42,135 nucleotides of DNA from Gammaproteobacteria bacterium (GTDB lineage: Bacteria > Pseudomonadota > Gammaproteobacteria > Nitrosococcales > Methylophagaceae). The notes below the pieces were generated by a model. The model had not been told where the DNA came from. It ran no database searches and worked only from the letters and a program-made list of their open reading frames with translations. Positions 25,392 to 34,550 of the stretch are shown piece after piece. Numbering within the stretch: position 1 is the first letter of the stretch; every line of letters starts with the position of its first letter. The position numbers and the translations under genes were made by a program. Location of the stretch: NCBI GenBank assembly GCA_002402245.1, contig NVVP01000003.1:1-42135 (forward strand), read 5' to 3'.

Positions 25392-26318
25392 ATGGGACGT
25401 CGTAATAAGAAAGGCCGTAATATCACAGGCATTGTGATTATTGATAAGCCAACAGGCCGAAGCTCAAATCATGTTTTACAACAGGTTAAACGTCTTTTTG
25501 ATGCAAAAAAAGCAGGCCACACCGGCGCCTTAGATCCTTTAGCAACAGGCATATTACCTATTTGCTTAGGTGATGCAACCAAAGTATCTTCCTATCTTTT
25601 AGATTCTGATAAAGCCTATCATGTCACCTGTAAGCTAGGTGTAGTGACAGATAGTGGCGATTCTGATGGTGAGGTTATATCCACATCTGAGATTCCTGCG
25701 TTTACTGAGCAAGATATTCTCAATTTATTACCTCAGTTTACCGGTCTACAAAATCAGGTTCCTCCGATGTTCTCGGCTTTAAAATATAAAGGCCAGCCCT
25801 TATATAAATTAGCTAGACAAGGGATTGAAGTTGAACGAAAGTCTCGCCAAATTACCATTTATGATATCCAGTTACTATCAATTACAGCGGACAGCTTTAG
25901 TTTGTCAGTGAGATGTAGCAAGGGTACTTATATTCGTACCTTAGTTGAAGATATCAGCCATGCATTAGGATGTGGTGGACATGTATCAGCGTTAAGGCGC
26001 ACTGTTGCTGCTGGTTACGATGAACAGCAATCGATGACCATTGAACAATTAGTCGAGGCACAGGAACAAGGCCTGAATCATTTGGATACGTTACTGTTAC
26101 CAACAGAAGATGCCTTGCCTGATTGGCCATCAATTATTACCACAGATGAAATGCTGGTTGCTTTAAGATTGGGCCAATCAATTCAAGTTGAACAAGTTTT
26201 CGAAGCGAAGAATGTCAGATTGTTTTCCGCAAATAAACAGTTTATTGGTTTAGGTGAAATGTCTGATCTGGGTGTAGTTTCGCCTAAACGGGTATTCGTT
26301 GATCATGATGCTGAGTAA
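25392..26318 (+). CDS. truB: tRNA pseudouridine-55 synthase
   Basis: GHTGALDPLATGILPIC catalytic Asp motif. Confidence 0.95.
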   Translation: MGRRNKKGRNITGIVIIDKPTGRSSNHVLQQVKRLFDAKKAGHTGALDPLATGILPICLGDATKVSSYLLDSDKAYHVTCKLGVVTDSGDSDGEVISTSEIPAFTEQDILNLLPQFTGLQNQVPPMFSALKYKGQPLYKLARQGIEVERKSRQITIYDIQLLSITADSFSLSVRCSKGTYIRTLVEDISHALGCGGHVSALRRTVAAGYDEQQSMTIEQLVEAQEQGLNHLDTLLLPTEDALPDWPSIITTDEMLVALRLGQSIQVEQVFEAKNVRLFSANKQFIGLGEMSDLGVVSPKRVFVDHDAE

Positions 26319-26458
26319 ATGCTTGTTTCAAGAATAAAAAGTCGGTAAAATACCGCATCTTAAATAGTTGGATATTTTGGTCGTCATGGCTGGGGTAATC
26401 CAGAATTTGACTCGTAGCTAAATAATAATGCTACATAATTTTAAAGTTGGAGCTTTTA

Positions 26459-26728
26459 ATGTCTTTATCGCTAGAACAAACACAAGAAATCATCACTAAA
26501 TATCAACAATCTGAAGGTGACACTGGATCTGCTGAAGTACAAGTTGCTTTATTAACAGCACGTATCTTAGATTTGTCTGCTCACTTCAAGAACAACATTC
26601 ATGATCATCACTCACGCCAAGGTCTATTAAAAATGGTAAGTGGTCGTCGTAAAATGTTAGATTACTTGAAAAAGAAAAACATCACTCGTTACCGTGATTT
26701 GATCGCTAGCTTAGGCTTGCGTCGTTAA
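26459..26728 (+). CDS. rpsO: 30S ribosomal protein S15
   Basis: [11 protein letters not shown]...[16 protein letters not shown]...[10 protein letters not shown]...LGLRR closely parallels E. coli S15. ATG at 26459 with GGAG upstream. Confidence 0.95.
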   Translation: MSLSLEQTQEIITKYQQSEGDTGSAEVQVALLTARILDLSAHFKNNIHDHHSRQGLLKMVSGRRKMLDYLKKKNITRYRDLIASLGLRR

Positions 26729-26810
26729 ATCATTGCCAATAGTGACAATGAATATGTATAAGGTCCAGCAATCGAGACAGACTGATTGCAGGATTAGCAG
26801 TTAAAAAAAT

Positions 26811-26851
26811 GCCCCTGAAGCCCATTAGGTTTCAGGGGCATCTTTGTTTTT
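26811..26851 (+). terminator. rpsO terminator / pnp leader hairpin
   Basis: GCCCCTGAA-11 nt-TTCAGGGGC followed by ATCTTTGTTTTT. Confidence 0.7.
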
Positions 26852-26906
26852 GAAAGTAATTTTAGCTGTGGAATCGGCTACAGTTAAGAATTTAAGGAAA
26901 AGAATA

Positions 26907-29006
26907 GTGAATTCAGTAAAAAAAGCAGTTCAATACGGCGAGCATATATTAAGTCTTGAAACCGGAAAAATTGCACGACAAGCCGGTGGTGCAGTAATTG
27001 CCAGTCTGGGTGAAACATCAGTTATGGTTACTGTTGTAGGTAAAAAAAATGTTCAACCAGGACAAGACTTCTTTCCATTAACGGTTAACTACCAAGAACG
27101 TACTTATTCAGCAGGTAAAATCCCAGGTGGTTTTTTCAAGCGTGAAGGTCGTCCTTCTGAAAAAGAAACACTGACATCACGTTTGATCGATCGTCCATTA
27201 CGTCCACTATTTCCAAAAGGATTTTTGAATGAAGTTCAGGTTATTGCAACAGTAGTTGCTTTAGATCCTGAAATTGATCCAGATATTCCTGCAATGATTG
27301 GTGCTTCTGCAGCATTAGCTATTTCTGGTATCCCTTTCAACGGCCCGATTGCCGGTGCTCGTGTAGCCTACATTGATGGTAGCTACGTATTGAACCCAAA
27401 TAAATCACAATTAGCTACAAGTGACTTAGACTTAGTCGTTGCCGGTACTGATAGTGCAGTATTAATGGTTGAGTCTGAAGCATCTGAATTATCTGAAGAG
27501 ATTATGCTAGGTTCAGTCATGTTTGGTCATGAGCAATTACAAGCAGCAATTAAATTAGTTAATGATTTAAAAGCAGAAGCGGGTAAAGAAGCTTGGGATT
27601 GGACTGCACCTGAAAAAGATCCTGCTATCTATACTGCTGTTAAAGCGAATGCATTTGCTGGTATTGAAAAAGCATACCTAATCAGCGACAAATTGTTTCG
27701 CCAAGATGAGTTAGCTGTCGTACGTACAGCTGCTATTGAAGCCTTAGCTGGAGAAGAGTCTGAATTATCAGCGGATGATGTTAAAGGCGCCTTTGCTAAA
27801 TTAGAGAAAGAATTAGTTCGTGGCCGCATCATTGCGGGTGAACCACGTATTGATGGTCGTGATACATCAACAGTACGTGAAGTAACTGTTGAAACAACCG
27901 TATTACCTCGTGTTCATGGTTCTGCTTTGTTCACACGTGGTGAAACACAAGCGATTGTTATTGCAACATTAGGTGCTGAACGTGATGCACAAACAATTGA
28001 TGCAGTTGAAGGTGAATACCGTGATCGTTTCATGCTTCACTATAACTTCCCTCCATTCTGTGTAGGTGAAACAGGTTTTGTTGGTTCACCAAAACGTCGC
28101 GAAATCGGCCATGGTAAATTAGCGAAACGTGGTATTGCAGCGGTAATGCCTTCAGCTGAAGAATTCCCATATGTAGTACGTGTTGTATCTGAAATCACAG
28201 AATCTAACGGTTCAAGCTCAATGGCTTCTGTTTGTGGTACAAGTTTAGCGTTAATGGATGCGGGTGTACCGATTAAAGCACCTGTTGCTGGTATCGCAAT
28301 GGGCTTAATCAAAGAAGACAATGGTTATGCTGTCTTGACTGATATCTTAGGTGATGAAGATCACTTAGGCGATATGGACTTTAAAGTAGCCGGTACTGCA
28401 AAAGGCATCACTGCACTTCAAATGGATATCAAAATTGAAGGTATCAATGAAGAAATTATGAGCACAGCACTGGCGCAAGCTCGTGATGGCCGATTGACTA
28501 TTCTTGAAACTATGAATGCTAACCTTTCTACACACCGTGAAGAAATGTCTGAATTTGCACCGCGTATTATCACTATTAAAATTAATTCTGATAAAATTCG
28601 TGATGTTATCGGTAAAGGTGGTGCGACTATTCGTGCTCTTACAGAAGAAACAGGCGCAGTCATTGATATTCAAGATGATGGTACTGTAATGATTTTCTCT
28701 TCTGACTTTAATGCCGGTCAAGATGCCCTTAAGCGTATCGAGCAAATCACAGCAGAAGTTGAAGTAGGTCAAATCTATGAAGGTCGTGTAGCTAAATTAA
28801 TGGACTTCGGTGCATTTGTAACAATCCTTCCTGGTAAAGATGGCTTAGTTCATATTTCACAAATTTCTGAAGAGCGTGTTGAGAATGTAAGTGATAAATT
28901 AACTGAAGGCGAAACAATCAAAGTTAAAGTACTTGAAGTTGATCGCCAAGGCCGTATTCGCCTAAGCATGAAAGCAGTAACAGAAGAAGAAACAAAAGAA
29001 GATTAA
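26907..29006 (+). CDS. pnp: Polynucleotide phosphorylase
   Basis: ...[50 protein letters not shown]... plus C-terminal KH and S1 domains. Probable GTG start at 26907 (AAGGA upstream), by alignment to the E. coli N-terminus. Confidence 0.95.
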   Translation: MNSVKKAVQYGEHILSLETGKIARQAGGAVIASLGETSVMVTVVGKKNVQPGQDFFPLTVNYQERTYSAGKIPGGFFKREGRPSEKETLTSRLIDRPLRPLFPKGFLNEVQVIATVVALDPEIDPDIPAMIGASAALAISGIPFNGPIAGARVAYIDGSYVLNPNKSQLATSDLDLVVAGTDSAVLMVESEASELSEEIMLGSVMFGHEQLQAAIKLVNDLKAEAGKEAWDWTAPEKDPAIYTAVKANAFAGIEKAYLISDKLFRQDELAVVRTAAIEALAGEESELSADDVKGAFAKLEKELVRGRIIAGEPRIDGRDTSTVREVTVETTVLPRVHGSALFTRGETQAIVIATLGAERDAQTIDAVEGEYRDRFMLHYNFPPFCVGETGFVGSPKRREIGHGKLAKRGIAAVMPSAEEFPYVVRVVSEITESNGSSSMASVCGTSLALMDAGVPIKAPVAGIAMGLIKEDNGYAVLTDILGDEDHLGDMDFKVAGTAKGITALQMDIKIEGINEEIMSTALAQARDGRLTILETMNANLSTHREEMSEFAPRIITIKINSDKIRDVIGKGGATIRALTEETGAVIDIQDDGTVMIFSSDFNAGQDALKRIEQITAEVEVGQIYEGRVAKLMDFGAFVTILPGKDGLVHISQISEERVENVSDKLTEGETIKVKVLEVDRQGRIRLSMKAVTEEETKED

Positions 29007-29071
29007 TTTTCTTTTATGCCCGTTATCATTCATCTTGATTGGTCACGGGCATAAACTTCTGAAATAAACTT

Positions 29072-29098
29072 AAAAGCCTCGTTTATCGAGGCTTTTTT
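29072..29098 (+). terminator. Intrinsic terminator after pnp
   Basis: AAAAGCCTCG-TTTAT-CGAGGCTTTTTT. Confidence 0.7.
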
Positions 29099-29116
29099 GT
29101 GTCAAAATACCACGCA

Positions 29117-29872
29117 ATGAAATACCTACTTTCCTTACTATTATTGTTCAGTGCTATATCTGTACAAGCAGCTGATTTACGCATAGCAGCAGCAACGAAT
29201 TTACGTTATGTATTACCTGAATTAGTGACTGAGTTTGAACAACAAACAGGCCTTAAGGCTGAAGTCAGTTATGCCGCATCTGGAATATTAACGACGCAGA
29301 TCATGCATGGTGCGCCCTTTGATATTTTTTTATCTGCCAATGTAGATTATATTAAACGCTTAATAGATCAGCAGTTTACCCAGGGAAAACCCTTAGAGTA
29401 TGCTCAAGCTCAGTTAGCACTTTATGCTACTCATAGGTCAGGATTGACACTCGATGTCGATCTAGAAGGCATTAAATCTGCTTTAAAAGCGGGCACACTG
29501 AATAAAGTAACCATTGCTAACCCAAAGCATGCACCTTATGGTCAAGCAGCACAAACAGCCTTAGAGCAAGCGGGGCTTTGGCAAGCAATACAACCATATC
29601 TCTTGATTGCTGAAAATGCATCACAGGCGGTTCAATTTTCAATGGCTAGTACGGTCGATGTTGGCTTTGTTCCCTATGCTCACGTAATTCAAAATAAATT
29701 AAAAGAAAAAGGACGCTTTATTGTTTTAAAGCAGCGTTTGCCTCAACAAGCGGTTAAAATTAACCATAGCCCCCAAGCGGCTAGCCAATTTATGACCTTT
29801 TTAAATACTAAAGCAACTAAGATGACGTTGATAAGACATGGTTTTATAGTCGATATCGATAGCGACGATTAG
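29117..29872 (+). CDS. modA: Molybdate ABC transporter substrate-binding protein
   Basis: Signal peptide MKYLLSLLLLFSAISVQA, then AAATNLRYVLPELV...SYAASG. Followed by the permease and ATPase genes. Confidence 0.85.
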   Translation: MKYLLSLLLLFSAISVQAADLRIAAATNLRYVLPELVTEFEQQTGLKAEVSYAASGILTTQIMHGAPFDIFLSANVDYIKRLIDQQFTQGKPLEYAQAQLALYATHRSGLTLDVDLEGIKSALKAGTLNKVTIANPKHAPYGQAAQTALEQAGLWQAIQPYLLIAENASQAVQFSMASTVDVGFVPYAHVIQNKLKEKGRFIVLKQRLPQQAVKINHSPQAASQFMTFLNTKATKMTLIRHGFIVDIDSDD

Positions 29873-29873
29873 T

Positions 29874-30545
29874 ATGGATTGGCAAGCATTCGAAGTATCT
29901 ATCAAACTAGCATTATTAACTAGTTTAAGTTTACTGCCCATAGGCTTAGGTTTGGCTTATTTGCTTGCTAATTCAAAATCATTAGCAAGCACAGTTATTG
30001 AAGCTCTGATTACTTTACCTCTAGTATTACCGCCTACCGTATTGGGCTATTTTCTATTGGTAGGATTAGATTCCTCTAGCGTATTTGGAGGCGCCTTTTT
30101 CTCTCTGACTGGTCATACACTCGCTTTTTCATTTACAGGTTTATGGTTTGCATCGATCATTTATAGCCTTCCTTTTGCTGTACAGCCGATGTTACGTTCA
30201 ATGGAATCTATCGCTCCGGAAATACGCGAAGCGGCATGGTGCTGTGGTTTATCTAAATGTCGGACTTTTTTTAAAATTGAGCTTCCTTTAGCATTACCTG
30301 GCATTGTCACCGCGATGGTACTGAGCTTTTCTCATACACTAGGTGAATTTGGTGTGGTATTAATGATCGGCGGTAATATCGCTGGTGAAACCCGCACATT
30401 ATCAATTGCTATTTATGACAGCGTACTGTCGTTTGAATCAAGTCAAGCACAGTCAATGTCATTAATTTTATTGGCTATAGCCTTAGTGTCTATCACTACA
30501 GTATTTTTATTTAATCGCTCTCGTTCACGTGTGGTCGGAATTTAA
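29874..30545 (+). CDS. modB: Molybdate ABC transporter permease
   Basis: 223-aa polytopic membrane protein with the EAA-like loop REAAWCCG. Confidence 0.85.
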   Translation: MDWQAFEVSIKLALLTSLSLLPIGLGLAYLLANSKSLASTVIEALITLPLVLPPTVLGYFLLVGLDSSSVFGGAFFSLTGHTLAFSFTGLWFASIIYSLPFAVQPMLRSMESIAPEIREAAWCCGLSKCRTFFKIELPLALPGIVTAMVLSFSHTLGEFGVVLMIGGNIAGETRTLSIAIYDSVLSFESSQAQSMSLILLAIALVSITTVFLFNRSRSRVVGI

Positions 30546-30547
30546 TA

Positions 30548-31618
30548 ATGCTGCAGGTGAGTTTAAAGCAATCACAAGGTATTCAATTAGATGTTGATTT
30601 TTCTTGCCAAAATGGTGAGATCCTTGCCCTAGTGGGGCCATCAGGTGCAGGTAAATCAACAGTGTTAAGAGCTATAGCAGGCTTATATTCACCTCGATCA
30701 GGAAAAATAACGAGTTCAGGAAAAGTATGGTTTGATAATGATATTAGCTTAACCCCACAACAGCGTCGGGTGGGAATGGTGTTCCAGAGTTATGCTTTGT
30801 TCCCACACCTTACCGTTGAAGATAATATTCGCTTAGCCTTAGATCCTTCGCAAAGGACTGATGACTCATCTGTTAGTAAGCTGTTAGCACAGGTTAACTT
30901 AACAGGATTAGGGCTGCGTTATCCCAAGCAACTTTCTGGTGGCCAGCAGCAACGAGTGGCAATAGCACGAGCCTTGGCTCGTCAACCTGATGTTTTACTA
31001 CTAGATGAGCCTTTTTCAGCAGTGGACAAGGTGACTCGTAGAAAGCTCTATCTGGAGCTAAATAGCCTGCGCCGGCAACTGGATATGCCGATTATATTTG
31101 TTACCCATGATCTAGATGAGGCCGCGATGTTAGCTGATTCAATGGTAGTTATTCACCATGGTAAAACGCTGCAACAGGGAACACCACATGATATTCTATA
31201 TCAACCTAACAATGTAGCGGTAGCTAAGCAGGTGGATGTGAGGAACCTATTTGAAGGTGATATTACTTCGACAGAACAGGTTACTAAATTAGTTTGGCAT
31301 GGTATAAATTTAGATATTCCAGGTACTAAGATTCAAGCCTCACAGGCTATATCGTGGATTATTTCACCTGCAAAGGTTATTTTACACCAGCGATTAAGAC
31401 CTTCCCGAGGTGAGCAAGAGAATCCTGTTAGTGGTGAAATTGTAGAATTATTAACCCTGAGAGGGATCACGACGGTATTAGTGAGAATACCGCTTGCCAA
31501 GGACCTGATTATTCAGATGGATGTATCTGAACATGTGGCTGAAAGAAATCAGTTACAGCAAGGTCAAACTATTAGTATGTCACTTATTGGCTCCGCAATA
31601 CATATCCTAAAAGAGTAG
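30548..31618 (+). CDS. modC: Molybdate ABC transporter ATP-binding protein
   Basis: Walker A GPSGAGKST, signature LSGGQQQRVA, Walker B LLLDEP, and a C-terminal extension of about 120 aa (TOBE-like). Confidence 0.85.
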   Translation: MLQVSLKQSQGIQLDVDFSCQNGEILALVGPSGAGKSTVLRAIAGLYSPRSGKITSSGKVWFDNDISLTPQQRRVGMVFQSYALFPHLTVEDNIRLALDPSQRTDDSSVSKLLAQVNLTGLGLRYPKQLSGGQQQRVAIARALARQPDVLLLDEPFSAVDKVTRRKLYLELNSLRRQLDMPIIFVTHDLDEAAMLADSMVVIHHGKTLQQGTPHDILYQPNNVAVAKQVDVRNLFEGDITSTEQVTKLVWHGINLDIPGTKIQASQAISWIISPAKVILHQRLRPSRGEQENPVSGEIVELLTLRGITTVLVRIPLAKDLIIQMDVSEHVAERNQLQQGQTISMSLIGSAIHILKE

Positions 31619-31787
31619 CTTTCGAAATTAAGTGCCCCTATAAATCCTATTGTTTTAACGATTTTTCTAGCGCAATATTCGCCAAAGACATTTTTTCTAC
31701 AGCTTTGTTCCAATTATTTTAAAAATCATCTTTAAGTCTAAACAAGGAGTTGTGGTAATAGATTTCATTACTAAATGTAAATGTTGT

Positions 31788-31822
31788 TGATTATCTAAAT
31801 GCAAATCATTATTATTTGATAA
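31788..31822. promoter_or_regulatory. Candidate Fur box upstream of exbB
   Basis: TGATTATCTAAATGCAAATCATTATTATTTGATAA contains GATTATC and AATCATTAT elements of the GATAATGATAATCATTATC consensus. Confidence 0.4.
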
Positions 31823-31870
31823 AATGTTAAGCGAACTTAACTTGACCTAACTTTATTGAAGATAACTCAA

Positions 31871-32695
31871 ATGACTGAAGAACTAAACAGTGAAACTATA
31901 CCTCCAGTAATAACAGAATTAGCTGATGTTACTGAGACTCTTAACGATTCTTCATCGGTTATATCTCAAACTGAATTTGGTGAAATTATTTCGCCAGAGT
32001 TAAGCTTAGATGCGATTCAGCCGGAAACATTGGCAGATCGACTTAATGACTTTTTAACGGTCGGTGGCCCTGTGGTATGGGTGTTAAGCATAATGTCTAT
32101 TTTTGCACTGGCCATTGTACTGGTTAAGTTATGGCAGTTTGCTAGCTTAAGACCAGAACGCCGTAGTGAGCTTGATCATAGCCTTGAATATTGGATGCAA
32201 GGTGAATTTACTGCTGCTAAGGATGTCTTGCCCAGCAAACATATGATTGCTGATGTTGCACGCTTAGCAATGGATGGCTTAATGACTCATTCGACCGATA
32301 CCAGTTTACTTAAAGAAGAGCTTAATCGCGTTGCCACATTAAAGTTGAATCAGCTACGAGCTTATTTAAGACCGTTGGAAGTCATTGCCACACTGAGTCC
32401 ATTACTTGGCTTATTAGGTACTGTATTAGGAATGATTGTGGCATTCCAACAAATGGAAGCAGCTGGAAGTCAGGTGGATCCTTCTGTGCTATCAGGCGGT
32501 ATTTGGCAAGCTTTGTTCACCACAGCTGTGGGTTTATCCGTTGCTATTCCTGTTGTTGCCTTACATAACTTTTTGGAACGAAAAGTGGATCGCGTTGCAG
32601 CACTTATGAATGATGTTATTACTCAAATATTTACTCGTCAGCCGGTTGAGTCTGAACAAAATGTATTCATTAAAGGTCTAGAGAATGCTGCTTAA
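31871..32695 (+). CDS. exbB: ExbB/TolQ/MotA-family proton channel (TonB system)
   Basis: Conserved C-terminal TM pair (LSPLLGLLGTVLGMIVAF...GIWQALFTTAVGLSVAIP). Followed by two exbD genes and tonB. I prefer the ATG at 31871 over the track TTG at 31856. Confidence 0.8.
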   Translation: MTEELNSETIPPVITELADVTETLNDSSSVISQTEFGEIISPELSLDAIQPETLADRLNDFLTVGGPVVWVLSIMSIFALAIVLVKLWQFASLRPERRSELDHSLEYWMQGEFTAAKDVLPSKHMIADVARLAMDGLMTHSTDTSLLKEELNRVATLKLNQLRAYLRPLEVIATLSPLLGLLGTVLGMIVAFQQMEAAGSQVDPSVLSGGIWQALFTTAVGLSVAIPVVALHNFLERKVDRVAALMNDVITQIFTRQPVESEQNVFIKGLENAA

Positions 32696-33083
32696 TCTTG
32701 ACCCTGCACCACGTCGAGAAATGATCAGTTTAACGCCTTTAATAGATATTGTTTTTATCCTATTACTGTTCTTTATGCTGACATCGAGTTTTTCTCGTTG
32801 GCAACAAATAGAACTGTTAACGCCTTCTCTTAGTAGTGATAGCCAAACGCCTATTATACGCGTGTTAAAGCTAGAATCGAATCAAGGAAATGTGAGCTTT
32901 GAAGGTCAAATGTTGTTAAGTCAGGATGCGAATAAATTAGCTGCATTGATTAAACAGGAGCCTAAAGCAACGTATGTTATTACCGTTTCCAAGGGTATTC
33001 ATACGCAAGCTGTCGTGACATTGCTTGATAACTTAAAGCAAGCAGGTGCTTATCAAGTTTCATTGGCGGGTGTACTGCCATGA
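32685..33083 (+). CDS. exbD: ExbD/TolR-family protein
   Basis: ISLTPLIDIVFILLLFFM N-terminal TM signature. Confidence 0.8.
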   Translation: MLLNLDPAPRREMISLTPLIDIVFILLLFFMLTSSFSRWQQIELLTPSLSSDSQTPIIRVLKLESNQGNVSFEGQMLLSQDANKLAALIKQEPKATYVITVSKGIHTQAVVTLLDNLKQAGAYQVSLAGVLP

Positions 33084-33502
33084 TTTTAACGACACAAGCA
33101 AAAAGAAAAACAAGCAGTGCTGATGATAGTTTAATTCCACTTATTAATGTGGTTTTTTTAATGCTTATTTTTTTCATGGTAGCAGGTCATATTGAGCCTT
33201 CAGATGGTGTAAATGTATCACCTCCTGTGTCATTAAGTGCCAGTGATATTACGGCTGAACCATTGAAAATTGTTGTCGGTAAAGAAGGGCAAGTATTCAT
33301 TGCTAGCGTGCTTATTAGTGATGGAGAACTGACTCAACAGGTTCTAGCGTATTCATCTTTAATGGCAGAAGGGCAACAAGCCTCCGTTATTGTTAAAGCT
33401 GATGCTGAGCTTGCCATAGAGCAGTTGCAGCGAGTTTTCAAAGACATTAAAGCGGCAGGAATTGAGCGTTTATCCCTCATTACTAGCCAGACTCAGGTTT
33501 AA
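33080..33502 (+). CDS. exbD: ExbD/TolR-family protein (second copy)
   Basis: LIPLINVVFLMLIFFMV signature. Confidence 0.8.
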   Translation: MILTTQAKRKTSSADDSLIPLINVVFLMLIFFMVAGHIEPSDGVNVSPPVSLSASDITAEPLKIVVGKEGQVFIASVLISDGELTQQVLAYSSLMAEGQQASVIVKADAELAIEQLQRVFKDIKAAGIERLSLITSQTQV

Positions 33503-33508
33503 GTAATC

Positions 33509-34348
33509 ATGATAAGTACACGCCATTGGGTGGCGGCACTGGTGCTAGCTTTAACCATTCATGCTCTAGCTTTTATGCCTTCTTTATCTTTATTTGAACA
33601 GTCGTCAGCTGAAGATAAAGGCGAGACCGGCATAGAAATAGATTTAGGAATGTTGGGTGAGATGGGCGAATCCATAGATTCTTCAGTAGATGATACCGAA
33701 GAGCTAGAAGAAAGCGTCGCACCTGAGCCGGAAGAGGTCATTGAGCCTGTGGAAGATATAGTTGAAGATGTTAAAGAGGCAGAACTAGAGCCCGTTGAAG
33801 ACATAATAAAGCCATTGCAAAAATTAGAAAAAATAGTTGAAACTAAAAAAGACAAGGTAAAAATAAAGAAGCAGGCTAAGCCTAAAAAGAAAAAAGAAAA
33901 GCCAGTTGAGATTGAAGAGGTCGTTGAAGAAAAAAAAGTAGTGAAGGAAGTAACTGATAAACCAAGCAATAAGACTGCAGAAAAAGCGGCGAGTCCTAAA
34001 AAGCGTACAACCGGAAGATCTGATGCATTAAGTACAGGAGGAAGTGCAGCTGCAGAACGCTCTTATTATTCTGAACTTGCTGCTAGATTGGCGAAGCATA
34101 AACGTTACCCAAGTCGCGCACGGAAAAGAAACCAAGAAGGCGTGGTAACACTATTTTTTATAGTCAATCGTGAAGGCAAGGTACTTGAATCGAGGATTAG
34201 CAAGAGTTCTGGCCATAAAAGGCTCGATGAGGCGGTATTAAAAATGTTACGAAAGGCATCGCCTTTTCCCCCTTTTTCTGAAGATATGCAACAGCAACAA
34301 TTATCAATCAATATTCCGATTGAATTTAAATTGAAAGATAGGCGTTAA
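33509..34348 (+). CDS. tonB: Energy transducer TonB
   Basis: N-terminal anchor, an E/P/K/V-rich spacer, and the C-terminal domain YPSRARKRNQEGVVTLFFIVNREGKV. Confidence 0.8.
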   Translation: MISTRHWVAALVLALTIHALAFMPSLSLFEQSSAEDKGETGIEIDLGMLGEMGESIDSSVDDTEELEESVAPEPEEVIEPVEDIVEDVKEAELEPVEDIIKPLQKLEKIVETKKDKVKIKKQAKPKKKKEKPVEIEEVVEEKKVVKEVTDKPSNKTAEKAASPKKRTTGRSDALSTGGSAAAERSYYSELAARLAKHKRYPSRARKRNQEGVVTLFFIVNREGKVLESRISKSSGHKRLDEAVLKMLRKASPFPPFSEDMQQQQLSINIPIEFKLKDRR

Positions 34349-34550
34349 AGAAAAAACTAGTTTAGTTAGTAGCGGTTCATTCGAATTCGCTAACCATCAA
34401 TTAAAAATTGTAAAGAATTGTAGCCAGTAAACGTGAGGTTTATAGCCAACAATATCAACATGGACACCTGTTCAGGTTGAAGTCTGCACGTTAACGGCGT
34501 GTAAATAAAATACCGTTAAATTTTAAATAATTTAAAAAGGAACTTAAATA

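Noticed and set aside
28040-28772. Antisense ORFs within pnp. Similar cases lie at 33559-33969 in tonB, 20713-21930 in nusA, 23850-24332 in infB, 14451-14914 in the terminase gene, and among the short ORFs within phage structural genes
   Set aside because: All overlap confidently identified genes on the opposite strand or in another frame, and none has start-site support.
29016-29052. Hairpin ATGCCCGT...ACGGGCAT right after pnp as a terminator
   Set aside because: It has an 8-bp stem but a 21-nt loop and no T-run. The following hairpin at 29072-29098 is the convincing terminator. The first may be an mRNA-stability element, which I cannot support further.
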